Source: a phage
Reading direction: 5' to 3' (one strand)
DNA: 64,000 nt
Sequence record: PZ452606.1
Positions within the stretch are counted from its first letter, which is position 1. Every line of letters begins with the position of its first letter. A program made the translations under genes and the position numbers. Below, one piece after another: positions 12,852-23,639 of this stretch. Under the pieces are notes generated by a model. That model saw only the letters and a program-made list of their open reading frames with translations. It was not told the DNA's origin and did no database searches.

Positions 12852-13712
12852 TTACACCGCCATTTTTCCTTTAATTGGCAGATGAGATACATAGTTGTTA
12901 AGAACAAAATTATGAGGCTTTGCAAATTGACTCAACCAAAATACCTGCGATTCTGTGTCCCATTCATCAAATTCATCTGGAAATTTTAATTGTAATTCGC
13001 ATAAATCCATAGGTTCACGACGTAAAATTTCTTTACATTGTTCTACGTGATTCATATAGATATGAGTATTACCACCAGAAAATATCAAATCTCCAGGAAT
13101 AAGATTACACATTTTAGCTACAATATGAACTAACGTAGCATATGATGCAATATTAAATGGAAGACCGAGGAAAACATCTACCGAACGTTGATACCACTGC
13201 AAATCTAAATAGCCATTACGCACATTAAACTGATAGAACATATGACAAGGCGGTAATGCCATATATTTAAGTTCAGCTGGATTCCACGCAGAAACAATTT
13301 GACGCCTATCATTTGGCAGTTTTTTAATACGATCAACAACTTCTATAATTTGGTCTACACCGCCAAAATCACGCCACTGTTTTCCATAAATTGGACCAAG
13401 TTCACCGCTATGATATCCTAAATCTTTTGCCTGATTTTCGTAATTTTCATCCCAGACTGTTTTGCCTTGGATTAACGAATCGTGTTGAATTAATCGTAAA
13501 TCATTGACATTTGTGCTTCCTGATAAAAACCATATTAGCTCAGCAATGCATGCATTCCAGGCGAGCTTTTTAGTTGTTACTGCAGGAAAGCCTTTAGTTA
13601 AATCCCAACGCAATTTAGTACCGAACAGAGCAATTGTTCCTGTGCCTGTGCGATCATCGGTTTCATAGCCATTTTCAAAAATGTCTTTAATTAAATCTTG
13701 GTATTGTTTCAT
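12852..13712 (-). CDS. td: thymidylate synthase
   Basis: 286 aa continuous ORF with TS active-site region PPCH; no intron. Confidence 0.95.
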   Translation of the reverse strand: MKQYQDLIKDIFENGYETDDRTGTGTIALFGTKLRWDLTKGFPAVTTKKLAWNACIAELIWFLSGSTNVNDLRLIQHDSLIQGKTVWDENYENQAKDLGYHSGELGPIYGKQWRDFGGVDQIIEVVDRIKKLPNDRRQIVSAWNPAELKYMALPPCHMFYQFNVRNGYLDLQWYQRSVDVFLGLPFNIASYATLVHIVAKMCNLIPGDLIFSGGNTHIYMNHVEQCKEILRREPMDLCELQLKFPDEFDEWDTESQVFWLSQFAKPHNFVLNNYVSHLPIKGKMAV

Positions 13713-13757
13713 TTAGTACCTTATATAAATTATAATACATTTTATGAAGCTAAATAA

Positions 13758-14105
13758 TCAATACGGTTTAGCATCAAATTTTCTCTCAATTTCAGGTGTG
13801 AAATATAATTCTTTACCGCGTTTGGAAAAGCGACCAATAATATGATAATTATTCTCATCAAACGTAATATTACCAATATCCATAGCTTTCAACCAAATAT
13901 CGATATTTCTATCCAGCTTTATGTCAAAATTCCAATACGGAGAACTATTACCAAAAATACTACAAGCGGATTCAGTGAAACAGCTACTATAAATCTTGTC
14001 TTTAGGAACTACTAATTGATAGACACCTTTAATAAACTGAGGACCTTGCCATTTTGGCTGTTTCGCGTCTTTTTCTAATAGAATAGGATAATAATTAAAA
14101 TTCAT
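13758..14105 (-). CDS. hypothetical protein inserted between frd and td
   Basis: 115 aa from ATG at 14105 (track ORF starts at GTG 14117); no recognised domain. Confidence 0.5.
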   Translation of the reverse strand: MNFNYYPILLEKDAKQPKWQGPQFIKGVYQLVVPKDKIYSSCFTESACSIFGNSSPYWNFDIKLDRNIDIWLKAMDIGNITFDENNYHIIGRFSKRGKELYFTPEIERKFDAKPY

Positions 14106-14125
14106 ATTTTCCGCCACGCGTTATT

Positions 14126-14952
<827 letters not shown>

Positions 14953-14963
14953 ATTATCTCCTA

Positions 14964-15296
14964 TTAAAAAGGATCAGGAACATATCCGCTAGCTTTAATC
15001 ATTTTAATTAACGTTAACATTCCTTTGTTAACTGCTCGTGAGATTTCATCAAAAACTTCATCACTAAAAAGTTCTAACACGCCCTTCTGAACTTTTAATT
15101 TACAGCCAACAATTTCTTCATCGCCTATAGTAAATTCATTACCACCAATTCCACCGAAAAACTTAATTACACCAGTTAACTGTCTTCCACGAGAATATGG
15201 GTCGTGTGATAAAGTAATATGAGTCACCCCGGGTACAGTTTTAAATTGGCAGCGAATATTTACTTGTGAAATTCCAGTTACATGAATGTCAGACAT
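14964..15296 (-). CDS. hypothetical protein
   Basis: six-frame ORF in frd-32 interval. Confidence 0.5.
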   Translation of the reverse strand: MSDIHVTGISQVNIRCQFKTVPGVTHITLSHDPYSRGRQLTGVIKFFGGIGGNEFTIGDEEIVGCKLKVQKGVLELFSDEVFDEISRAVNKGMLTLIKMIKASGYVPDPF

Positions 15297-15306
15297 AATA
15301 TTTTCC

Positions 15307-15549
15307 TCAAATAGACTTTTTCACAATTTTCCAATCAGCTTTAAACTGATCGACGTCAGAGTGATAAATCCAAAATCCTGCGCTTTCACCGTCTTCATAA
15401 AGCGGACACTCATCACATTCATCTTCCCATCCCATGCCACGTAAAAGGTGTTCAGCTTTTTCAACAAGTTCAGGATCTTTACCGATGATATTAAAATACC
15501 ATTTACCTCTAACTTCTGAATCTTTGATGCTCTGGCGTTGTAATCTCAT
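15307..15549 (-). CDS. hypothetical protein
   Basis: six-frame ORF in frd-32 interval. Confidence 0.5.
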   Translation of the reverse strand: MRLQRQSIKDSEVRGKWYFNIIGKDPELVEKAEHLLRGMGWEDECDECPLYEDGESAGFWIYHSDVDQFKADWKIVKKSI

Positions 15550-15658
15550 TTTATTCTCCTTAGCAAGCTTTAATCAAAAGATATAAACAGACCAACATAA
15601 CTGCTGCCATAATATAAGGTGCGAACATTTTCTTTTCTCCATTAGTTTTGATAGGGTA

Positions 15659-15687
15659 ATAGTATCACACTACTACCCTTCTGTAAA
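15659..15687 (-). promoter_or_regulatory. early (sigma70) promoter
   Basis: TTTACA-17-TACTAT. Confidence 0.5.
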
Positions 15688-16068
15688 CTACTTTTTGAAA
15701 GTTTTTCGCAAAAGTTCAATAATTTCGTCTGCATTGTTTTCGTCAACAATGCAGTGAATTTTTGCTACGCCAGAAACCTTGTCTTTGACTTCATCTTTTT
15801 CAGAAGTCGGTTCTTTATACTCACGAAAACAATGAAATTCGTCTTCGCAAATTTCTAAAAGTCTATCTTTGAGGTAAAAATGCTTTCCATTTGCGCATTC
15901 AATGTGTTTTACTGCTTTATATCCATTAGCGACGGAAACTTCTTTAACTTCAAACCATCCGCCATTATCTCGAATCGCTTTAACTATTGATGAATTAGAA
16001 CGTGGGCTATAATTAATAAATGTATCAATAAGTCTTGGAACAAGCTCATACTTTTTACCGGTATACAT
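15688..16068 (-). CDS. hypothetical protein
   Basis: six-frame ORF; GAGGAAAA SD after a hairpin. Confidence 0.5.
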   Translation of the reverse strand: MYTGKKYELVPRLIDTFINYSPRSNSSIVKAIRDNGGWFEVKEVSVANGYKAVKHIECANGKHFYLKDRLLEICEDEFHCFREYKEPTSEKDEVKDKVSGVAKIHCIVDENNADEIIELLRKTFKK

Positions 16069-16113
16069 TACGTTTTCCTCATTTTAATAGGGGCTGTAAT
16101 AGCCCCTCGATAA

Positions 16114-16341
16114 TTATTGTTCAATCAGTCCCATGTAAAATTCTGCGTCTTCAGAATCCATGCCATCACAGTATTCATTAGCCATAAAGCGGGTGAGATC
16201 TTCAAGAGGACCTTCAATAACGATTTGAATACTCCAAAACTTAGAATCTTGCACGCTTGTGATACTAAGTTCAGGATAACGATTACGAATAATCTCTTCA
16301 ATATATTCAAAATCAACGATGTCAATATCAACTTTAGCCAT
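16114..16341 (-). CDS. hypothetical acidic protein
   Basis: ATG at 16341 with AAGAGGAAAA SD; the track N-terminal extension covers an early promoter and the gene 32 terminator. Confidence 0.5.
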   Translation of the reverse strand: MAKVDIDIVDFEYIEEIIRNRYPELSITSVQDSKFWSIQIVIEGPLEDLTRFMANEYCDGMDSEDAEFYMGLIEQ

Positions 16342-16384
16342 ATTATTTTCCTCTTTAATCATCAGCAGTATTGCCGATAGTTGT

Positions 16385-16413
16385 ATAGTACCATAGAAGG
16401 ACAAGGATGTAAA
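16385..16413 (-). promoter_or_regulatory. early (sigma70) promoter
   Basis: TTTACA-17-TACTAT. Confidence 0.5.
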
Positions 16414-16434
16414 CCGTTTTGTGAAAAAAATTTT

Positions 16435-16465
16435 TGAAATAAAAAAGGGGACCTCTAGGGTCCCC
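16435..16465 (-). terminator. rho-independent terminator after gene 32
   Basis: GGGGACC-CTAGA-GGTCCCC hairpin then TTTTTTATTT. Confidence 0.65.
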
Positions 16466-16487
16466 AATTAATTAGTAATATAATCTA

Positions 16488-17396
16488 TTAAAGGTCATTC
16501 AAAAGGTCATCCAGGTCCGTGTCATCAGCACTAGATGAACTGCCAGAGCTTGAGCTCATAAAATCATCTTCAGTTTTTGTATTGAAGTCATCAACATTGA
16601 ATGCATCCAAATCATCAGCAACTTTATCAGCTTTCTTAGCAGCAGTTGCAGCGGCACCGCCCATCACAGCAGTTCCCATAACTTGACTGAATTTAGTATT
16701 CAGTTCTTCAAACGATTTGAATTTATCTTTAGAAGTCATTTCAGAAAGGTCAACCATTTGTTCGAACAGTTCTTTCTGGAAAGATTCATCGTCAATGTTT
16801 GGAATCGCAGATTGATTCAGGAATTTAGATTCGTCGTAGTTACTAAATCCAGAAACCTGTTTAACTTTCAGTACAAAGTTAGCACCTTCCCACGGACAAG
16901 TTACATCAACCGGAGTTTCACCCATTTCAACATCAACCGCAATCATCGCGTTGATTTTATCCCAGATTTTCTTACCGAAACGATATTTAAATACTTTACC
17001 TTCGTTTTCTGGAGCAGCTGGGTCTTTTACAACAAGAATGTTAGCCCAGTAAGAAGTTTTACGTTTAACAAGACTGTACTCTTTATTATCAGTGTTGTAC
17101 AGATCATTTTTACTGATGTATTGACATACTGGGCAAGAATCGTAATCACCGTGGGTAGATGAACAGTTTTCAATATACCATTTACCATTTTTCTTGAAAC
17201 CGTGATTTACAAGAATTGCGAATGGTGCTTGTTCATCATTTTTAGACGGAAGAAAACGAATTACTGCTTGACCGTTACCCGCATTGTCGAGTTTCAGTTT
17301 CCACTCGCCTTTATCTTCAGAAGAAAAACCACCTTTATTTCCAGCCAGTTTAGCCATTTGCGCAGCGAGTTCAGCAGTAGATTTACGTTTAAACAT
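16488..17396 (-). CDS. 32: single-stranded DNA-binding protein gp32
   Basis: 302 aa; sequence matches T4 gp32 including acidic C-terminus; known operator upstream. Confidence 0.97.
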   Translation of the reverse strand: MFKRKSTAELAAQMAKLAGNKGGFSSEDKGEWKLKLDNAGNGQAVIRFLPSKNDEQAPFAILVNHGFKKNGKWYIENCSSTHGDYDSCPVCQYISKNDLYNTDNKEYSLVKRKTSYWANILVVKDPAAPENEGKVFKYRFGKKIWDKINAMIAVDVEMGETPVDVTCPWEGANFVLKVKQVSGFSNYDESKFLNQSAIPNIDDESFQKELFEQMVDLSEMTSKDKFKSFEELNTKFSQVMGTAVMGGAAATAAKKADKVADDLDAFNVDDFNTKTEDDFMSSSSGSSSSADDTDLDDLLNDL

Positions 17397-17462
17397 TTTT
17401 ATTTCCTTTTTAATTTAATTAACAGTTGGTGCTATGACGATGTATGACCTCATAGCTGGTCA
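17397..17462 (-). promoter_or_regulatory. gene 32 translational operator with pseudoknot
   Basis: Leader TGACCAGCTATGAGGTCATACATCGTCATAGCAC then AU-rich TTAATTAAATTAAAAAGGAAATAAAA before ATG, as in T4. Confidence 0.7.
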
Positions 17463-17479
17463 GTGAGATAATTATAATC

Positions 17480-17487
17480 TATTTATA
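17480..17487 (-). promoter_or_regulatory. late promoter TATAAATA upstream of gene 32
   Basis: exact TATAAATA on minus strand. Confidence 0.5.
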
Positions 17488-17495
17488 ATAAGCAA

Positions 17496-18149
17496 TTAAT
17501 ACTTGCAAGATTTCACAGTTTCAATAAAAACACTTTTAGCTTTCTGTGAATCAATATTTAAAATTTTTCTATAAGCCTTTAACTTTATAGAATAATTATT
17601 CCAGACTAAATTATCAGTCTGTTCATCATGTTTATCAATTATATTTAAAAACGAATCAAGCAAGATAAACGTCTCAAACGAAATTATGTTCGATTGCAGA
17701 AGTTTAAAAATATAACTTGACTGAACCTTTGGATTATATTCAAAGATTTCTTTAAAAGCAGAAACTTCAACTTTTTTACTAAAATAGTAAATATTGCGAA
17801 TATCTTCTTCAAACTTAAATTTAATTTGCTTTAAGCGTCCGATATATTCACGATAAAACACAAGTGCATCAGCGTCAGAGATGTCACCAATCCAAGCATC
17901 TTGGTTAGCAACCAAATTGCTTATAAAGATTAAAGCAAGTTCCTTTAATTTATATTTTTCTGATAACTTCTGGAAAAAATACTTATCCCTTCGCTTTTGA
18001 TAAGCGGCATCAGACACCCGCATGCACCAATTATACTTAATAACATCATACTTTCCATTCATATGCTGTTTTATCATTAAGTATAATTTATAAACTGATT
18101 TACCATCAATGTATCTTTCACCACCAGCAGGCATGCGGAGTTTAATCAT
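17496..18149 (-). CDS. 59: helicase loader gp59
   Basis: 217 aa, T4 gp59 length and position. Confidence 0.85.
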   Translation of the reverse strand: MIKLRMPAGGERYIDGKSVYKLYLMIKQHMNGKYDVIKYNWCMRVSDAAYQKRRDKYFFQKLSEKYKLKELALIFISNLVANQDAWIGDISDADALVFYREYIGRLKQIKFKFEEDIRNIYYFSKKVEVSAFKEIFEYNPKVQSSYIFKLLQSNIISFETFILLDSFLNIIDKHDEQTDNLVWNNYSIKLKAYRKILNIDSQKAKSVFIETVKSCKY

Positions 18150-18484
18150 AGCAGAAAATCTAATGTATTAGTTTTTTCACAACGAACAACAGAAGGACGC
18201 AAAAGATTTTCGTCAATAGCTTCTGACTGAATTTTTTCAATTATACCCGAAGGAATAAATTTAGCAAATTGAGTTTCAGGAATAGAGTTTTCTTCCAAGA
18301 ATGCTGTCGTAGCTTCAAGATAACTCATTCCAAACTCTTCTACCATTTTTTCAATGATAAATCCATTTTCTTGACGATCAAGAAGCTTTGCAATTTCATC
18401 CTTTTCTTTCTTAAGGGAAAGTTCTTTTTCTGAAAGACCGGTCTCATCGACCGGACGAATATCATTTAGAGAAAACTGTGTCAT
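18146..18484 (-). CDS. 33: late transcription accessory protein gp33
   Basis: 112 aa from ATG at 18484 (track start is TTG); matches T4 gp33 from memory. Confidence 0.85.
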   Translation of the reverse strand: MTQFSLNDIRPVDETGLSEKELSLKKEKDEIAKLLDRQENGFIIEKMVEEFGMSYLEATTAFLEENSIPETQFAKFIPSGIIEKIQSEAIDENLLRPSVVRCEKTNTLDFLL

Positions 18485-18731
18485 AAAGTTCAACTACCTC
18501 TTCAGTTTCAGCTTCAAACACATCACGGTTATCTTTATGATACAAAGCTAACAGACGATTAAACATCTTGCCATCAACACCAAGTTCATCTTTGGCACGA
18601 ATTCGAATATCTTTAATCAGTTCATTATAACCGGAAATTTTCAGTTTATGATCAGATGCTTCTTTAATAAATTTAGCCAAGTCTTCGCCATGGATAGCTT
18701 CATCAAATTCAACCATTTCTTTTTTAGCCAT
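18462..18731 (-). CDS. dsbA: dsDNA-binding protein DsbA
   Basis: 89 aa between 33 and rnh as in T4. Confidence 0.75.
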   Translation of the reverse strand: MAKKEMVEFDEAIHGEDLAKFIKEASDHKLKISGYNELIKDIRIRAKDELGVDGKMFNRLLALYHKDNRDVFEAETEEVVELYDTVFSK

Positions 18732-18739
18732 TATTCACC

Positions 18740-19657
18740 TCAAAATTCATTAATGCTATTAGTTAATTTAGAAAGACCCGCTTTTACAAAATATGAATAA
18801 ATTTTGCCACGCGGTGGTAATTTATATGAATTATAGTAATTCACAATGTTTGAAGCAATATTATCAGGAATATAATCAAAATCAATTAGAACTAAATTTT
18901 CTTTATAACGATTATATTCAGATTCTGTGAGAAGCACCTTAGCTTGCTCACGGTCATTAGCAATAGCTTCAACGATTGAAGTTTTCATTGAAGGAGTTCG
19001 TTCACCTTCAACTTTGGTAAACCAAAAGTCAGATCGTACTTTAACTGAAGCAACGTTATCCTTTTTGTCGCCTTTAAGGATTTTAGTCATGCAATCAATT
19101 TCAGCAGAACCGCTTTTAATTTTAACCCATTTCTTATGCATCGGTGACCATTGCTTAACATTTGGGTATTTGTGAAGCTGTGTAAAGTCACCATCCGACG
19201 AAATGATTAAAATCTTATGTCCTTCTAAAGAGAACTTTTTAACAAGAACAGCAATATGGTCATCTGCTTCATACTTATCAATATCCATAACAATGTATGG
19301 CATATAAGCTTTCAATTCATCTATAACTTTATGGCTGGATTCAAAATAACCTTCCCAGTCCCAAGTAGATTCTTCTCGTGCTTTTCCACGGTTTTTCTTG
19401 TAATAATACGCAAAATCACGACGCCAGTATCCAGATTTCGCGTTATCAATACACAGTACAATTTTAGTGTATCCAAGCGTTTTTGCTTTTTTGACATTAA
19501 ACTTAATTGAGTTCAATATCAAATGACGAACCATTGATAAATTAATTTTTTCTTTATCTGGGAAGTTTACTAAAGCAGTTGAAAGCGCAATTTGACTAAA
19601 GTCAATAAAGCAAATTCCTTCTTTGTAATCTTCATCCAACATCATTTCTAAATCCAT
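18740..19657 (-). CDS. rnh: RNase H (5'-3' exonuclease)
   Basis: 305 aa from ATG at 19657 (MDLEMMLDEDYKEG); matches T4 RNase H. Confidence 0.9.
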   Translation of the reverse strand: MDLEMMLDEDYKEGICFIDFSQIALSTALVNFPDKEKINLSMVRHLILNSIKFNVKKAKTLGYTKIVLCIDNAKSGYWRRDFAYYYKKNRGKAREESTWDWEGYFESSHKVIDELKAYMPYIVMDIDKYEADDHIAVLVKKFSLEGHKILIISSDGDFTQLHKYPNVKQWSPMHKKWVKIKSGSAEIDCMTKILKGDKKDNVASVKVRSDFWFTKVEGERTPSMKTSIVEAIANDREQAKVLLTESEYNRYKENLVLIDFDYIPDNIASNIVNYYNSYKLPPRGKIYSYFVKAGLSKLTNSINEF

Positions 19658-19719
19658 ATGAACCTCGTTCAATTAGTGAGATTTCTATTATATACCATCC
19701 AAATCTTAAAGTAAACAAG

Positions 19720-19727
19720 TATAAATA
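19720..19727 (+). promoter_or_regulatory. late promoter for gene 34
   Basis: exact TATAAATA about 35 nt before gene 34 ATG. Confidence 0.7.
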
Positions 19728-19761
19728 CTTATTATTGAAAACACAATAGGAGCCCGGGAGA

Positions 19762-22700
19762 ATGGCCGAGATTAAAAGAAAGTTCAGAGCAGAAGATGGT
19801 CTGGACGCAGGTGGTGATAAAATAATCAACGTAGCTTTAGCTGATCGTGCCGTAGGAACTGACGGTGTTAACGTTGATTACTTAATTCAAGAAAACACAG
19901 TTCAACAATACGATCCAACTCGTGGATATTTAAAAGATTTTGTAATCATTTATGATAACCGCTTTTGGGCTGCTATAAATGATATTCCAAAACCGGCAGG
20001 AGCTTTTAATAGCGGACGCTGGAGAGCATTACGTACCGATGCTAACTGGATTACGGTTTCATCTGGTTCATATCAATTAAAATCTGGTGAAGCTATTTCG
20101 GTTAACACCGCAGCTGGTAATGATATTACATTTACTTTACCATCTACCCCAATTGACGGTGATACTATCGTTCTCCAAGATATTGGAGGAAAACCTGGAG
20201 TTAACCAAGTTTTAATTGTAGCTCCAGTGCAAAGTATTGTAAACTTCAGAGGTCAACAAGTACGTTCAGTACTAATGACTCATCCAAAATCGCAGATAGT
20301 TTTAATTTTTAGTAATCGTCTGTGGCAAATGTATGTTGCCGATTATAGTAGAGAAGCTGTCGTTGTAACACCAGCAAGTCTCTATCAGGCGCAATCTAAT
20401 GATTTTATCGTACGTAGATTTACTTCTGCTGCACCAATTAATGTTAAACTTCCAAGATTTGCTAATCATGGCGATATTATTAATTTCGTTGATTTAGATA
20501 AACTGAATCCACTTTATCATACAATTGTTACTACATACGATGAAACGACTTCAGTACAAGAAGTTGGAACTCATTCCATTGAAGGCCGTACATCAATTGA
20601 CGGTTTCTTGATGTTTGATGATAATGAGAAATTGTGGAGATTGTTTGACGGGGATAGTAAAGCACGTTTACGCATTATAACGACTAATTCTAATATTCGT
20701 CCAAACGAAGAAGTCATGGTATTTGGTGCGAATAACGGAACAACTCAAACAATTGAACTTCAGCTTCCAACTAATATTTCTGTTGGTGATACTGTTAAAA
20801 TTTCCATGAATTACATGAGAAAAGGACAAACAGTTAAAATCAAAGCTGCCGGTGAAGATAAAATTGCTTCTTCGGTTCAATTGTTGCAATTCCCAAAACG
20901 CTCAGAATATCCGCCTGAAGCTGAATGGGTTACAGTCCAAGAATTAGTTTTTAACGGTGAAACTAATTATGTTCCAGTTTTGCAACTTGCTTACATAGAA
21001 GATTCTGATGGAAAATATTGGGTTGTACAGCAAAACGTTCCAACTGTAGAAAGAGTAGACTCTTTAAATGATTCCACTAGAGCAAGATTAGGCGTAATTG
21101 CTTTAGCTACACAAGCTCAAGCTAACGTCGATTTAGAAAATTCTCCACAAAAAGAATTAGCAATTACTCCAGAAACATTAGCTAACCGTACTGCTACAGA
21201 AACTCGTAGAGGTATCGCAAGAATAGCAACTACTGCTCAAGTGAATCAGAACACCACATTCTCTTTTGCTGATGATATTATCATCACTCCTAAAAAGCTG
21301 AATGAAAGAACTGCTACAGAAACTCGCAGAGGTGTTGCAGAAATTGCTACTCAGCAAGAAACAAACGCAGGAACAGATGATACTACAATCATTACTCCTA
21401 AAAAGCTTCAAGCTCGTCAAGGTTCTGAATCATTATCCGGTATTGTAACTTTTGTATCTACTGCAAGTGCTACTCCAGCTTCTAGCCGTGAATTAAATGG
21501 TACGAATGTTTATAATAAAAACACTAATAATTTAGTTGTTTCACCTAAAGCTTTGGATCAGTATAAAGCTACTCCAACGCAGCAAGGTGCAGTAATTTTA
21601 GCAGTTGAAAGTGAAGTAATTGCTGGACAAAGTCAGGAAGGATGGGCAAATGCTGTTGTAACGCCAGAAACGTTACATAAAAAGACATCAACTGATGGAA
21701 GAATTGGTTTAATTGAAATTGCTACGCAAAGTGAAGTTAATACAGGAACTGATTATACTCGTGCAGTCACTCCTAAAACTTTAAATGACCGTAGAGCAAC
21801 TGAAAGTTTAAGTGGTATAGCTGAAATTGCTACACAAGTTGAATTCGACGCAGGCGTCGACGATACTCGTATCTCTACACCATTAAAAATTAAAACCAGA
21901 TTTAATAGTACTGATCGTACTTCTGTTGTTGCTCTATCTGGATTAGTTGAATCAGGAACTCTCTGGGACCATTATACCCTTAATATTCTTGAAGCAAATG
22001 AGACACAGCGTGGTACACTTCGTGTAGCTACACAGGTCGAAGCTGCTGCAGGAACATTAGATAATGTTTTAATAACTCCTAAAAAGCTTTTAGGTACTAA
22101 ATCTACCGAAGCACAAGAAGGTGTTATTAAAGTTGCAACCCAGTCTGAAACCGTAGCTGGAACATCAGCAAATACTGCTGTATCTCCAAAAAATTTAAAA
22201 TGGATTGTGCAGAGTGAACCTACTTGGGCAGCTACTACTGCAATAAGAGGTTTTGTTAAAACTTCATCTGGTTCAATTACATTCGTTGGTAATGATACAG
22301 TCGGTTCTACCCAAGATTTAGAACTATATGAGAAAAATAGCTATGCAGTATCACCATATGAATTAAACCGTGTATTAGCAAATTATTTGCCGTTAAAAGC
22401 AAAAGCTGCTGATACAAATTTATTGGATGGTCTAGATTCATCTCAGTTCATTCGTAGGGATATTGCACAGACGGTTAATGGTTCACTAACCTTAACCCAA
22501 CAAACGAATCTGAGTGCCCCTCTTGTATCATCTAGTACTGCTACGTTTGGTGGTTCAGTTTCGGCAAATAGTACATTAACTATTTCTAATACTGGAACGG
22601 CAACTCGTCTGATTTTTGAGAAAGGACCTCAAACTGGAACTAACCCAGCACAGACGATGACTATCAGAGTTTGGGGAAATCAGTTTGGTGGTGGATCAGA

Positions 22701-23631
22701 TACAACACGTTCTACTGTATTTGAAGTTGGTGATGAAACATCTAATCACTTTTATTCTCAACGTAATAAAGCTGGTAATATTACGTTTAGCATTAATGGT
22801 ACTGTGATGCCAATAAATGTTAACGCTTCCGGTTCATTGAATGCGAATGGCGTAGCAACATTTGGTAGTTCAGTTACAGCCAATGGTGAATTCATTAGCA
22901 AGTCTGCAAATGCTTTCAGAGCAATAAACGGTGATTATGGATTCTTTATCAGGAATGATGGCGGCAGCACATATTTTATGCTCACTGCATCCGGTGATCA
23001 GACTGGCGGATTTAATGGATTACGTCCTTTAGCTATTAATAATGCATCTGGCCAAGTAACGATTGGTGAAAGCTTAATCATTGCCAAAGGTGCTACTATA
23101 AATTCAGGTGGTTTGACTGTTAACTCGAGAATTCGTTCTCAGGGTACTAAAACATCTGATTTATATACCCGTGCGCCAACATCTGATACTGTAGGATTCT
23201 GGTCAATCGATATTAACGATTCAGCCACTTATAACCAGTTCCCAGGTTATTTTAAAATGGTTGAAAAAACTAATGAAGTGACTGGACTTCCATACTTAGA
23301 ACGTGGCGAAGAAGTTAAATCTCCTGGTACACTGACACAGTTTGGTAACACACTTGATTCGCTTTACCAAGATTGGATTACTTATCCAACGACACCAGAA
23401 GCGCGTACCACTCGCTGGACACGTACATGGCAGAAAACCAAAAACTCTTGGTCAAGTTTTGTTCAGGTATTTGACGGAGGTAACCCTCCTCAGCCGTCTG
23501 ATATCGGTGCTTTACCGTCTGATAATGCTACAATGGGAAATCTTACTATTCGTGATTTCTTACGAATTGGTAATGTTCGCATTATTCCTGACCCAGCGAA
23601 TAAAACGGTTAAATTTGAATGGGTTGAATAA
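19762..23631 (+). CDS. 34: long tail fibre proximal subunit gp34
   Basis: 1289 aa; N-terminus MAEIKRKFRAEDGLDAGGDKIINVALADR; internal TETRRG repeats; late promoter upstream. Confidence 0.95.
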   Translation: MAEIKRKFRAEDGLDAGGDKIINVALADRAVGTDGVNVDYLIQENTVQQYDPTRGYLKDFVIIYDNRFWAAINDIPKPAGAFNSGRWRALRTDANWITVSSGSYQLKSGEAISVNTAAGNDITFTLPSTPIDGDTIVLQDIGGKPGVNQVLIVAPVQSIVNFRGQQVRSVLMTHPKSQIVLIFSNRLWQMYVADYSREAVVVTPASLYQAQSNDFIVRRFTSAAPINVKLPRFANHGDIINFVDLDKLNPLYHTIVTTYDETTSVQEVGTHSIEGRTSIDGFLMFDDNEKLWRLFDGDSKARLRIITTNSNIRPNEEVMVFGANNGTTQTIELQLPTNISVGDTVKISMNYMRKGQTVKIKAAGEDKIASSVQLLQFPKRSEYPPEAEWVTVQELVFNGETNYVPVLQLAYIEDSDGKYWVVQQNVPTVERVDSLNDSTRARLGVIALATQAQANVDLENSPQKELAITPETLANRTATETRRGIARIATTAQVNQNTTFSFADDIIITPKKLNERTATETRRGVAEIATQQETNAGTDDTTIITPKKLQARQGSESLSGIVTFVSTASATPASSRELNGTNVYNKNTNNLVVSPKALDQYKATPTQQGAVILAVESEVIAGQSQEGWANAVVTPETLHKKTSTDGRIGLIEIATQSEVNTGTDYTRAVTPKTLNDRRATESLSGIAEIATQVEFDAGVDDTRISTPLKIKTRFNSTDRTSVVALSGLVESGTLWDHYTLNILEANETQRGTLRVATQVEAAAGTLDNVLITPKKLLGTKSTEAQEGVIKVATQSETVAGTSANTAVSPKNLKWIVQSEPTWAATTAIRGFVKTSSGSITFVGNDTVGSTQDLELYEKNSYAVSPYELNRVLANYLPLKAKAADTNLLDGLDSSQFIRRDIAQTVNGSLTLTQQTNLSAPLVSSSTATFGGSVSANSTLTISNTGTATRLIFEKGPQTGTNPAQTMTIRVWGNQFGGGSDTTRSTVFEVGDETSNHFYSQRNKAGNITFSINGTVMPINVNASGSLNANGVATFGSSVTANGEFISKSANAFRAINGDYGFFIRNDGGSTYFMLTASGDQTGGFNGLRPLAINNASGQVTIGESLIIAKGATINSGGLTVNSRIRSQGTKTSDLYTRAPTSDTVGFWSIDINDSATYNQFPGYFKMVEKTNEVTGLPYLERGEEVKSPGTLTQFGNTLDSLYQDWITYPTTPEARTTRWTRTWQKTKNSWSSFVQVFDGGNPPQPSDIGALPSDNATMGNLTIRDFLRIGNVRIIPDPANKTVKFEWVE

Positions 23632-23639
23632 GAGGTATT

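Noticed and set aside
16683-17162. 159-aa plus-strand ORF inside gene 32, and similar antisense ORFs such as 8490-8795, 26443-26658, 34361-34711
   Set aside because: They lie wholly within well-supported genes on the opposite strand and lack Shine-Dalgarno sequences; shadow ORFs in AT-rich DNA.
21180-21900. Repeated ~90-nt segments in gene 34 resembling tandem repeats
   Set aside because: They encode the repeated TETRRG-type motifs of the gp34 fibre shaft; coding repeats, not a mobile element.
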